Positions 8,232 to 19,690 of a stretch of DNA of 20,000 bases are shown here, piece by piece. The stretch spans positions 115,780 to 135,779 of the forward strand of contig JAXLQJ010000016.1 of assembly GCA_046331705.1 (NCBI GenBank), in the 5' to 3' direction. The position numbers and the translations under genes are program-made. This DNA comes from a bacterium (GTDB lineage Bacteria; JADJOY01). The notes below the pieces were generated by a model, which saw only the letters and a program-made list of their open reading frames with translations, did no database searches and had not been told where the DNA came from. How positions within the stretch are numbered: the first letter of the stretch is position 1; each line of letters opens with the position of its first letter.

Positions 8232-8978
8232 GTGACGCAAACCGGCTTGCTGCTCTTCGTGACGGGGACCGACACCGGGGTCGGCAAGACGGTGCTCGCC
8301 GCCGCGCTGGCGCGCGCGTTCGGCGATCGGGGACGTCGCGTGGGCGTGCTCAAGCCGATCGAGACCGGCTGGCCGGATCGTGCGACGGATCCGGCGGCGC
8401 CGCGCCCGGACGGTGAAGCCCTGCGCGCGGCGGCGCGCGATCCCGAGCCGCTGGAAGCGATCGTTCCGGTGCGGCTGCCCGATCCGCTCGCGCCGCTGCT
8501 CGCCGCGGAGCGCGCGGGGATCGAGATCGACGGCGACGATCTCGCGCGCAGGATCGAGGAGAAGCGCACGCGCTGCGATCTCCTGGTGGTCGAGGGCGCG
8601 GGTGGGCTGCTGGTGCCGATCGCCGCTCGATTCGGCACCCTCGACCTCGTCGTGCGCACGGGCGCGCCGGTGTTGGTGGTCGCCGCCAACCGCCTCGGGG
8701 TCATCAACCACGCCGCGCTCACGCTCGCGTGCCTGGATGCCGCGCGGGTGCCGGTCGCGGGCCTGGCGCTGAACCGCGTCGCCGACGGAGACGATCTCGC
8801 GCGTTCGCTCAATCCGGGTTATCTGGCGCGCTCGTTCGGCGCGCGCTACCTGGGCGAGCTCCCGTGGCAGGGCTGCGACGCGCCGGTCGAGCGCGTCGCG
8901 GCGGCGCTCGAGCGTGCCTTGGACCTCGACTCGTTGTGGGCGCGATTGGTCGAGGCCCGCGCGTCACGGCAGCGCTGA
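8232..8978 (+). CDS. bioD: Dethiobiotin synthetase
   Basis: FVTGTDTGVGKT P-loop, KPIETG, LAPLLAA, VEGAGGLLVP, LGVINH motifs. Confidence 0.93.
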   Translation: MTQTGLLLFVTGTDTGVGKTVLAAALARAFGDRGRRVGVLKPIETGWPDRATDPAAPRPDGEALRAAARDPEPLEAIVPVRLPDPLAPLLAAERAGIEIDGDDLARRIEEKRTRCDLLVVEGAGGLLVPIAARFGTLDLVVRTGAPVLVVAANRLGVINHAALTLACLDAARVPVAGLALNRVADGDDLARSLNPGYLARSFGARYLGELPWQGCDAPVERVAAALERALDLDSLWARLVEARASRQR

Positions 8979-9014
8979 GTACGTGTTTTCCGGGGGTTTT
9001 CGCGGTTCGCATGC

Positions 9015-9043
9015 TTTGATCTCGGACATCGATCACCTATGAT
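9015..9043 (+). promoter_or_regulatory. Putative dksA promoter
   Basis: TTTGAT/TTGATC (9015-9021), N16-17, TATGAT (9038-9043); GAGGG at 9051-9055 favours ATG 9063. Confidence 0.5.
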
Positions 9044-9062
9044 GATCGGTGAGGGTTTCTCG

Positions 9063-9455
9063 ATGGATGCGGCCACCATGAACGAGGCGGAGCTCTCCTT
9101 CTTCCGAGATCTGCTCAGCGGGCAGCTCAACGGCTTGATCGAGGAAGCCGAGCGCACCGTCGAGGGCATGAACGGCGAGCGCACCGAGTTCCCCGATCCC
9201 ACCGATCGCGCGTCGCTCGAATCCGATCGCAACTTCGATCTGCGGATCCGCGACCGCGAACGCAAGCTCATCAAGAAGATCCGCGAGGCGCTGGACCGGA
9301 TCCAGGACGGTTCGTTCGGCGTCTGCGAGGAGTGCGGCGGAGGCATCGGGCTCGAGCGCTTGCGCGCGCGCCCCGTCACGACGCTCTGCATCGCGTGCAA
9401 GGCCGAGCAGGAAGCCGAGGAGCGCGCCGCCGAGCGAGCGCAGCGCGGTCGATGA
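9063..9455 (+). CDS. dksA: RNA polymerase-binding transcription factor DksA (alternative starts 9039/9078)
   Basis: DPTDRA (DxxDxA) coiled-coil tip, LRIRDRERKLIKKI, C4 zinc finger CEEC...RLRARPVTTLCIAC. Confidence 0.93.
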   Translation: MDAATMNEAELSFFRDLLSGQLNGLIEEAERTVEGMNGERTEFPDPTDRASLESDRNFDLRIRDRERKLIKKIREALDRIQDGSFGVCEECGGGIGLERLRARPVTTLCIACKAEQEAEERAAERAQRGR

Positions 9456-10729
9456 CGTCGGGCGCGGCCGAGGGCGCGCGAGGCGCCGCTGCCCGGATCT
9501 TGATCGAGCTGGCGCGTGTCGGCGCGACTCGGGCGGATGCCGCGGAGCGGCTCGCCGGCGCGATCGGCTCGCACGTCGATCGGGCCGTGGTGGACGCGTG
9601 CGTGGCCACGTTCGCGGGCGAAGGCGTCGACGTCGCGTGGGCGTTGCTCGACGACGAGCTCTTCGCGGCGGTGATCGAGGCGGCTCAGGCGCTCGACCGA
9701 GGCGACGTCGTCGCGGCGGCGCTGGCGCACGAGCCGTCGTCGAAGGCGCGCGCCAAGTCGGCGAAGAAGGCGGCGCATCGGTTGCGCTCCCGGGGGGTCG
9801 ACGTTCCGCTCCACGAGGCGCCGGCGGCCCACGCAACGGTGGTCGTCGAGACCGCGGACGAAGCGGATGCGGAGCGGCGTGCGCTGATCACCGCGCCCGA
9901 CGGGGCGGGTGGACGTCTGATCGTGATCGCCGCTGACCGAGCCGACGGGGTGCTCTTCGTGGAGGCGATCTTCCGCGACGAGGTGCTGGTGCGGCTCGCG
10001 GGAAACGTGCTGCCGCGCAAGAAGGTGCGGCCGATGCTGCGCCAGCTCTTCTCGACCTGGGGTGACGCGCTCGCGTCGGTCGACGTGAGCGTCGGCGCCG
10101 CGGAGATCCTCGCGGCGGACGCGCAGGGCCACCTCGACGCGCCGAGCCTGCGCGATTGGCTGTCCGAGCTGCGTCCGTTGCTCAGGCCGCTGGCGCGCGA
10201 TGCGCGTCCCCTGGCCGAGCCCGTCCTCGACGAGGACGCCGTGCGCCGCCGCGCGTCCGAGTCCGCCGCGCTCTTCGAGACGCCCGCGTTCGCGTCGTGG
10301 CTCCCCGATCGGCGCGCGCTGCTCGACTGCGGCGAGAAGCTGCACGTGGCCATGGCGAGCGATCTGGTGATCAACGAGACGCAGCGACACGAGCAGCTCG
10401 CCGGGGTGTTCGGGCGGGCCGCGCGCGACTACCTGACGGAGGCGCAGCGTCGCGTGCTGATCGCGCGCTTGCGTCACGCGAGCCGCTTCTTGCTGGTGCG
10501 CGGCGACACCGTCGCGGCGGAGCGGGCATGGGCCGCAGCACGCGTCCTCGAGGAGGGCGGTGTGCCTCCCTTCGTCGAGCAGCTCTTCCGGCGCGTCTTC
10601 GATCGCCCGGCGCCGGAGCAGCCGGCGCCCGCCGCCGAGACCGCCGCCGAGCCACGCTCGCGGCTCATTCTCCCCGGTGCCCCGGATCCCGCGGCGGCGC
10701 CGCGCGGCGGTGGACTGATTCTTCCCTGA
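9452..10729 (+). CDS. Hypothetical protein, 425 aa, largely alpha-helical, translationally coupled to dksA
   Basis: ATGA overlap with the dksA stop; GC-ending codon bias; fills the gap to ftsY. AKKAAHRLRSRGV helix, Pro/Ala tail ending RLILPG...GGGLILP. Confidence 0.8.
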   Translation: MTSGAAEGARGAAARILIELARVGATRADAAERLAGAIGSHVDRAVVDACVATFAGEGVDVAWALLDDELFAAVIEAAQALDRGDVVAAALAHEPSSKARAKSAKKAAHRLRSRGVDVPLHEAPAAHATVVVETADEADAERRALITAPDGAGGRLIVIAADRADGVLFVEAIFRDEVLVRLAGNVLPRKKVRPMLRQLFSTWGDALASVDVSVGAAEILAADAQGHLDAPSLRDWLSELRPLLRPLARDARPLAEPVLDEDAVRRRASESAALFETPAFASWLPDRRALLDCGEKLHVAMASDLVINETQRHEQLAGVFGRAARDYLTEAQRRVLIARLRHASRFLLVRGDTVAAERAWAAARVLEEGGVPPFVEQLFRRVFDRPAPEQPAPAAETAAEPRSRLILPGAPDPAAAPRGGGLILP

Positions 10730-10759
10730 GCGGCCTCGACGCGCGCCCCCGGCCTTCCC

Positions 10760-12304
10760 ATGGAACCGTATCTCGCACGCATTCGCGATTGGCTGGACGA
10801 GGCGACACAGGCGCTTTGGGCCTACGTCCAGGGGCTCACGCCGGATCAGGTCGAGCTCTACTTCCTCGGGCTCTTCGCCGCGGGATGCTTGCTCTCGATC
10901 TGGCTGCTCTACTCGATTCACCGGCGTTCGCAGGGCGTGGGGTCGCGTGGCGTACGCGTCTCGTCGGATCGCCACGTGGATCTGCCGACCTTCGTCGAGC
11001 CGGGAACGAGCCCGACTGGCGACACCAGCGCCGCGAACGTGTCCGGGCCGCCGATCGACGTGTCGGAGGAGCCGCGGCGTCCCCCGCGCCAGAAGCGCAG
11101 CGCCAAGGGCGGCTTCCGACTCGACACGCCGGTCTTTCCCGCGCGTCGGCTCAAGGTCTCGAAGGCACCGCCGCCCGAGGAGGTCACGCCCCCGCCGCCA
11201 CCGAAGGCCGCTCGCGGGGAGCAGGCGCCGGTGGGCGCACCCGCACGCGCACCCGCCGCGCAGGTGACTCCGCGCCCCCCCACACGCGCGCCAGCGCCGG
11301 CGGTGACGCCGCGGCCTCCCACGCGGGTGCCCGCGCCGGTCGAGGCGAAGGCGCCGCCCGCGGCGGTGCCGGCGCCGCCGCCGACTCGCGAGAGCTTGTT
11401 CGCGCGTCTACGCGCCGGGTTGGCCGCCACGCGCGACGGATTGGTGCGCGGTCTGGACGCGCTGGTGAGCGGTCGCGGGGCGGTCGACGAGCGGGTGGTG
11501 GGCGGTGTCGAGGAGCTCCTGATCGCGAGCGACGTCGGGGTGCGCACCACCGCGGTGCTGCTCGAGTCGGTTCGCAGCGGGATCCGCTCCGGCAAGATCC
11601 GCAGCGCCGACGACCTCAAGGCGGCGCTCAAGGAACGCATCTTCGAGATCCTGTCGATCCCGGTGCCGAACCCGACGGTCGAGGTGAAGCCACGGGTGCT
11701 GCTCGTGGTCGGGGTCAACGGGACGGGAAAGACCACGTCGATCGGCAAGCTCGCCGCCCGATTCAAGAGCGAGGGCGAAACGGTCATGCTCGCCGCCGCC
11801 GACACCTTCCGCGCGGCCGCCATCGAGCAGCTCGAGATCTGGGGCCAGCGCTGCGACGTGCCCGTGATCCGGCAGGGCGAGGGCGCGGATCCCGGCGCGG
11901 TGGCGTTCGACGCGCTCAAGGCCGCGAAGGCGCGCGGCATCGATCGCCTGATCGTCGACACCGCTGGGCGCATGCACACCAAGAAGAACCTCATGGAGGA
12001 GATCCGCAAGGTGAAGCGCGTCCTTGGCCGCGATCATCCCGGCGCTCCACACGAGGTGTTCCTGGTGCTCGATGCCACGACCGGTCAGAACGCCATCTCC
12101 CAGGCGCACCTCTTCCACGAGGCGCTCGAGCTCTCCGGTCTCGTGCTCACCAAGCTCGATGGCACCGCCAAGGGCGGTGTCGTCATCGGCATCTGCGACG
12201 AGCTCAGGCTGCCGGTGCGCTACATCGGCATCGGCGAGACGATCGACGACCTTCGTCCGTTCGATGCCCGCGACTTCGTGGACGCGCTCTTCGGTGATTC
12301 CTGA
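10760..12304 (+). CDS. ftsY: SRP receptor FtsY with N-terminal transmembrane helix and Pro-rich linker
   Basis: LEE-like [11 protein letters not shown] domain, [58 protein letters not shown]. Confidence 0.96.
   Translation: MEPYLARIRDWLDEATQALWAYVQGLTPDQVELYFLGLFAAGCLLSIWLLYSIHRRSQGVGSRGVRVSSDRHVDLPTFVEPGTSPTGDTSAANVSGPPIDVSEEPRRPPRQKRSAKGGFRLDTPVFPARRLKVSKAPPPEEVTPPPPPKAARGEQAPVGAPARAPAAQVTPRPPTRAPAPAVTPRPPTRVPAPVEAKAPPAAVPAPPPTRESLFARLRAGLAATRDGLVRGLDALVSGRGAVDERVVGGVEELLIASDVGVRTTAVLLESVRSGIRSGKIRSADDLKAALKERIFEILSIPVPNPTVEVKPRVLLVVGVNGTGKTTSIGKLAARFKSEGETVMLAAADTFRAAAIEQLEIWGQRCDVPVIRQGEGADPGAVAFDALKAAKARGIDRLIVDTAGRMHTKKNLMEEIRKVKRVLGRDHPGAPHEVFLVLDATTGQNAISQAHLFHEALELSGLVLTKLDGTAKGGVVIGICDELRLPVRYIGIGETIDDLRPFDARDFVDALFGDS
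11264..11341 (+). repeat. In-frame imperfect 39-nt tandem repeat in the ftsY linker
   Basis: [13 protein letters not shown] / [13 protein letters not shown], units starting at 11264 and 11303. Confidence 0.75.
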
Positions 12305-12394
12305 GCGCGCCCGCGGGACGCGCGAGCACCGAGGTCTCCACAGGTAGCTCGGCGCGCGCGCCGGTCGCGGGGCTGGAGCCGTCCCGCGAGCGGC

Positions 12395-12850
12395 TCAGCG
12401 GCGGCGACGCATCGCTTGCGCCATCTCGCGCTGCATCTCGCGCTTCTTCACGTCCTCGCGCCGGTCGTGCGTGCGCTTGCCGCGCGCGAGCGCCAGCTCG
12501 AGCTTGGCGCGGCCCCCCTTGAAGTAGAGCGAGAGCGGCACCAGCGTCAGCCCCTTCTCGCGAACCTTGCCGATCAGCTTCTCGATCTGGTTGCGGTGCA
12601 GCAGCAGCTTGCGCTTGCGGAGCGGCTCGTGGTTTCCGTGCGACGCTGGCGCGTAGATCCCGATGTGCATGTTCATGAGCCAGACCTCGCCGCGTTCGAT
12701 CGTGGCGTACGCGTCCTTGAGGTTGGCGGTCCCGGCGCGCAGCGACTTGACCTCCGAGCCCACGAGCACGATCCCGGCCTCGAAGGTGTCCTCGATGTCG
12801 TATTCGTGCCGCGCCTTGCGGTTCTGACAGACGAGAGCTTGGCTCGACAC
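12395..12850 (-). CDS. smpB: SsrA-binding protein SmpB
   Basis: NRKARHEY, EAGIVLVGSEVKSLR, RKRKLLLHR, LTLVPLSLY, LARGKRTHDRR; GTG start with GGAG SD. Confidence 0.97.
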   Translation of the reverse strand: MSSQALVCQNRKARHEYDIEDTFEAGIVLVGSEVKSLRAGTANLKDAYATIERGEVWLMNMHIGIYAPASHGNHEPLRKRKLLLHRNQIEKLIGKVREKGLTLVPLSLYFKGGRAKLELALARGKRTHDRREDVKKREMQREMAQAMRRRR

Positions 12851-12894
12851 GACGGCGTCTCCAGGGCGCGCCGTGAGACGGCGCGCGACCCTTG

Positions 12895-12903
12895 TTCATA
12901 ACA
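12895..12903 (-). promoter_or_regulatory. Putative extended -10 promoter for smpB
   Basis: Minus strand TG-T-TATGAA, about 45 nt upstream of the start; no good -35. Confidence 0.35.
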
Positions 12904-12977
12904 CGCTCGACGAACGGGCTCGGGGCGCGCGCCCGCGCCAGCGTCCCAGCTCCATCCGAGCACGATCCCGTTTTCGT

Positions 12978-13006
12978 TTGACGCCCCGGGGGGCGAGTGC
13001 TATCTC
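12978..13006 (+). promoter_or_regulatory. Promoter of the tRNA-Lys/tRNA-Leu unit
   Basis: TTGACG (12978-12983), N17 ending in TGC, TATCTC (13001-13006), 11 nt before the tRNA; T-rich upstream tract. Confidence 0.65.
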
Positions 13007-13017
13007 ACTCGCGCCTC

Positions 13018-13090
13018 GGGCCCATAGCTCAATTGGTAGAGCGGCGGACTCTTAATCCGTAGGTTGAAGGTTCGAGTCCTTCTGGGCTCA
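13018..13090 (+). tRNA. tRNA-Lys (anticodon CTT)
   Basis: Acceptor GGGCCCA/TGGGCTC; D arm GCTC..GAGC; anticodon arm GCGGA-CT CTT AA-TCCGT; T loop TTCGAGT; CCA not encoded. Confidence 0.97.
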
Positions 13091-13222
13091 CCCGAATTCC
13101 CCGACAGCACGCGCAGTTGCTTCGGCCCAGCCTGGGGGCTGGCCCGCGGTCGCTTCGCGTGTCGTCGGGCGGCCGTTCGCACCGCGGCGAACGGAGGCTG
13201 GTCGGGTACGCTCCGAGGCGCC

Positions 13223-13303
13223 GCGAGAGTGGTGGAATGGCAGACACGCTGGACTTAGGATCCAGTGCCTTCGGGCGTGGGGGTTCAAGTCCCCCCTCTC
13301 GCA
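13223..13303 (+). tRNA. tRNA-Leu (anticodon TAG)
   Basis: Acceptor GCGAGAG/CTCTCGC; anticodon arm CTGGA-CT TAG GA-TCCAG; long variable arm GCC-TTCG-GGC; T loop TTCAAGT; CCA not encoded. Confidence 0.97.
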
Positions 13304-13360
13304 CCGGTTCGAGTCGCCGTACGCGGGCGCCACGTCGCGTGATCCTGCGCGGCCTTCGCT

Positions 13361-13389
13361 TGGACGTCGGGTCCTCACGCTGATATACC
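13361..13389 (+). promoter_or_regulatory. Putative tig promoter
   Basis: TGGACG (13361-13366), N17 ending in TGA, TATACC (13384-13389); GAGGAG SD before ATG 13475. Confidence 0.45.
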
Positions 13390-13474
13390 GGCCGACTGCA
13401 CCTGCCCGATCCTTTTCCCCTGCAACTAGAGGTTTTCGAGCCTCGCGCCTCCCGGCTTCGAGGAGAGTGGTCCC

Positions 13475-14740
13475 ATGAAAGTGTCCGTGGAAGAGCTCAG
13501 CAGCACCCGTCGTAAGCTCGCGATCGAGCTGGCGCCGGAAGACGTCGAGAAGCATGTCGAGCAGTCCTACCGCGAGCTCGCGCGCGCGGTTCAGCTCAAG
13601 GGGTTTCGGCCTGGGCGGGCGCCGCGCAAGCTGCTCAAGCAGCTCTACGGCAAGGACATCGACCAGGAAGTCACCGGCAAGCTCATCGAGGAGTCGATCC
13701 CCAAGGCGCTGGAAGAGCACAAGCTCGAGCCGGTGGCCATGCCGGTGATCGAGGACAAGGAGCTCGCCGAGGATCATTCGTTCCGCTACACGGCGCTCGT
13801 CGAGGTCCAGCCCGAGATCGAGCTGGCCGAGTACCGCGGTCTCGAGGTGAAGGCCGAGGCGATCTCGGTGAGCGACGACGACGTGAGTCGGGCGCTCGAG
13901 GAGCTGCGGTCGTCGCGCGCGACGCTCGTCGATCGTGAAGGCGAGGCCGCGCGCCGTGGCGACGTGGTGGTCGCCGACTGGGACATGGAGGTCGAGGGCA
14001 AGAGCGGCTCGCAGGTGTCCCGTCAGGACGCACCGCTCGAGCTCACCGAGGGCGGCTTGCTGCCCGAGCTGGTGAGCGGGCTCGAGGGAGTGAAGGCAGG
14101 GGAGACGCGGACCATCGAAGCGACGCTCGGAGAGCGCGGCGTCGATGCATCGGTCGCGGGCAAGCAGGCGACCTTCCGCGTCACCGTGAAGAAGGTCCAG
14201 GAGCGTGCGCTACCGGCGCTCGACGACGAGCTCGCCAAGGCCGTGAGCGGTCTCGAGAGCGTCGAGGCGCTGCGCGCGGACCTGCGCGAGAAGATCCACG
14301 CGCGCCTCGATCGCGAGGCCAAGGCGAAGCAGCACGAGCAGCTCGTGGATGCGCTGGTGGCAGCCAATCCGTTCGAGCCGCCCGAGTCGTTGGTCGAACA
14401 GTCGGTGCGCACGCTGACCCGTTTCGCCGGCAGCGACGTTCCGGAGAACGAGTCCGAGGACGCGCGCGAAGAGCGCCGCGCGGCCGTCGAGAAGGCGGCC
14501 AAGCGCCAGGTCGCCGCCGACCTGTTGCTGCGCCGCATCGCCGACAAGGAGAGCATCGAGGTGTCCGACGACGACGTCGATGCGGCCCTCGAGGAGCGCG
14601 CTCAGTCGATCGGCCAGCGCGGCGACGTGCTTCGCCAGGCGTACGAGCGCAAGGGGATCCTGGACGAGTTCCGCGGCGAGATCCGGCGTCGGCGCGTCCT
14701 TGATTTCTTGCTAGAAAACGCTAGAATTCTGGGCACCTAG
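13475..14740 (+). CDS. tig: Trigger factor
   Basis: Ribosome-binding signature [13 protein letters not shown]-like middle domain, [10 protein letters not shown], position between tRNA-Leu and clpP. Confidence 0.96.
   Translation: MKVSVEELSSTRRKLAIELAPEDVEKHVEQSYRELARAVQLKGFRPGRAPRKLLKQLYGKDIDQEVTGKLIEESIPKALEEHKLEPVAMPVIEDKELAEDHSFRYTALVEVQPEIELAEYRGLEVKAEAISVSDDDVSRALEELRSSRATLVDREGEAARRGDVVVADWDMEVEGKSGSQVSRQDAPLELTEGGLLPELVSGLEGVKAGETRTIEATLGERGVDASVAGKQATFRVTVKKVQERALPALDDELAKAVSGLESVEALRADLREKIHARLDREAKAKQHEQLVDALVAANPFEPPESLVEQSVRTLTRFAGSDVPENESEDAREERRAAVEKAAKRQVAADLLLRRIADKESIEVSDDDVDAALEERAQSIGQRGDVLRQAYERKGILDEFRGEIRRRRVLDFLLENARILGT
14700..14727 (+). promoter_or_regulatory. Putative clpP(X-lon) promoter inside the tig 3' end
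   Basis: TTGATT (14700-14705), N16, TAGAAT (14722-14727), in an abrupt AT-rich, rare-codon patch. Confidence 0.5.
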
Positions 14741-14873
14741 AGCGAATCGAGGCGGCCCAGGCCGAGCTCGTTCGAGACTTGAATCGGGGCATGGACGCAG
14801 GCTTGCCGTCGGATCTCCTCGCGGCTCGGTCGCATGCCCCGGGCCAGGCCTCGGGACACGAGAAAGAGGACCG

Positions 14874-15476
14874 ATGAATCAGCCGAGTGCCAGCTACCTC
14901 GTCCCCATCGTCGTCGAGCAGACCAGCCGCGGCGAGCGCTCGTACGACATCTACTCGCGACTGCTCAAGGAACGGATCGTCTTTCTCGGCTCGGCGGTCG
15001 ACGACGCCGTGGCGAACCTGGTGGTGGCCCAGCTCCTGTTCCTCGAGTCCGAGGATCCGGACAAGGACATCCACTTCTACATCAACTCGCCGGGCGGGTC
15101 GGTGAGCGCCGGCATGGCGATCTACGACACCATGCAGTACGTGAAGCCCGACGTGCAGACGCTCTGCATGGGGATGGCCGCGAGCATGGGCGCGGTCCTG
15201 CTGGCAGCGGGCGCGCCGAAGAAGCGCTTCGCGCTGCCGCACTCGCGGGTGCTGATCCACCAGCCGCTCGGCGGCGGGCACGGCCAGGCCTCGGACGTCG
15301 AGATCCACGCGCGCGAGCTGCTGCGCACCCGGGAAGAGCTCAACCGCATCCTGGCGCGCCACACGTCGCAGCCGTTCGACAAGATCGCCCACGATTCCGA
15401 TCGCGATTTCATCCTCACGAGCGCAGAGGCGAAGGAATACGGTATCGTGGATGCAGTCATCGAGAAGCGCGTCTAG
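14874..15476 (+). CDS. clpP: ATP-dependent Clp protease proteolytic subunit
   Basis: [28 protein letters not shown] (Ser), IHQP (His), DRD (Asp). Confidence 0.98.
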   Translation: MNQPSASYLVPIVVEQTSRGERSYDIYSRLLKERIVFLGSAVDDAVANLVVAQLLFLESEDPDKDIHFYINSPGGSVSAGMAIYDTMQYVKPDVQTLCMGMAASMGAVLLAAGAPKKRFALPHSRVLIHQPLGGGHGQASDVEIHARELLRTREELNRILARHTSQPFDKIAHDSDRDFILTSAEAKEYGIVDAVIEKRV

Positions 15477-15524
15477 GCTGCACCAAGGGGGCCGCGGCTC
15501 AAGACACCTGCGCGGGAGACGGCC

Positions 15525-16787
<1,263 letters not shown>

Positions 16788-16821
16788 CGGTCCCCCGCCA
16801 GCCCAGTCCTGAGGCCACACC

Positions 16822-19308
<2,487 letters not shown>

Positions 19309-19326
19309 CGAGCGTCGAGCGGCGCC

Positions 19327-19357
19327 GTCGGGCTCGCTCGCACGACGCGAGCCCGAC
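19327..19357 (+). terminator. 11-bp hairpin after lon (terminator or stabiliser, no U-tract)
   Basis: GTCGGGCTCGC (19327-19337) pairs with GCGAGCCCGAC (19347-19357). Confidence 0.45.
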
Positions 19358-19397
19358 ATGACGCGCTCGAGCCTTTCGAGTTGGGAGCAATCGAGGG

Positions 19398-19427
19398 TTG
19401 CCGGCACCCGAGTCGGTTCGATATCTT
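19398..19427 (+). promoter_or_regulatory. Putative promoter for tRNA-Val/tRNA-Asp
   Basis: TTGCCG (19398-19403), N18, TATCTT (19422-19427). Confidence 0.45.
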
Positions 19428-19456
19428 CCCCCGACTCTCGGCCGGCCGAGTCGTCC

Positions 19457-19531
19457 GGGCGGATAGCTCAGCGGGAGAGCACCGGCCTTACAAGCCGGCT
19501 GTCGCAGGTTCGATCCCTGTTCCGCCCACCA
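19457..19531 (+). tRNA. tRNA-Val (anticodon TAC)
   Basis: Acceptor GGGCGGA/TCCGCCC; anticodon arm CCGGC-CT TAC AA-GCCGG; TTCGATC loop; encoded CCA. Confidence 0.97.
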
Positions 19532-19598
19532 GGGTGCGTGGTGGGAGGAACGAAGACCAGAGGCGGTTGAGCCCGCCACGAGCAGCGCACCAAGACTT

Positions 19599-19675
<77 letters not shown>

Positions 19676-19690
19676 CGTGAGGAACACGAG

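Noticed and set aside
11275..11281. C7 homopolymer in ftsY as a phase-variation tract
   Set aside because: Short, explained by Arg-Pro-Pro codons, and in an essential gene whose frame is intact.
12995..13003. GAGTGCTA as a CIRCE (HrcA) half-site
   Set aside because: No TTAGCACTC left arm 9 nt upstream; better explained as an extended -10.
12395..13017. tmRNA (ssrA) next to smpB
   Set aside because: No GGGG(C/G)TG 5' end, tag reading frame or T-arm/CCA end, and not enough space; ssrA must lie elsewhere.
14778..14810. CTTGAA as a sigma32 -35 before clpP
   Set aside because: No CCCCAT-like -10 at the right spacing.
19437..19450. Perfect 14-bp palindrome CTCGGCCGGCCGAG in the tRNA-Val leader
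   Set aside because: GC-only core in a very GC-rich genome; most simply a leader hairpin, with no evidence of more.
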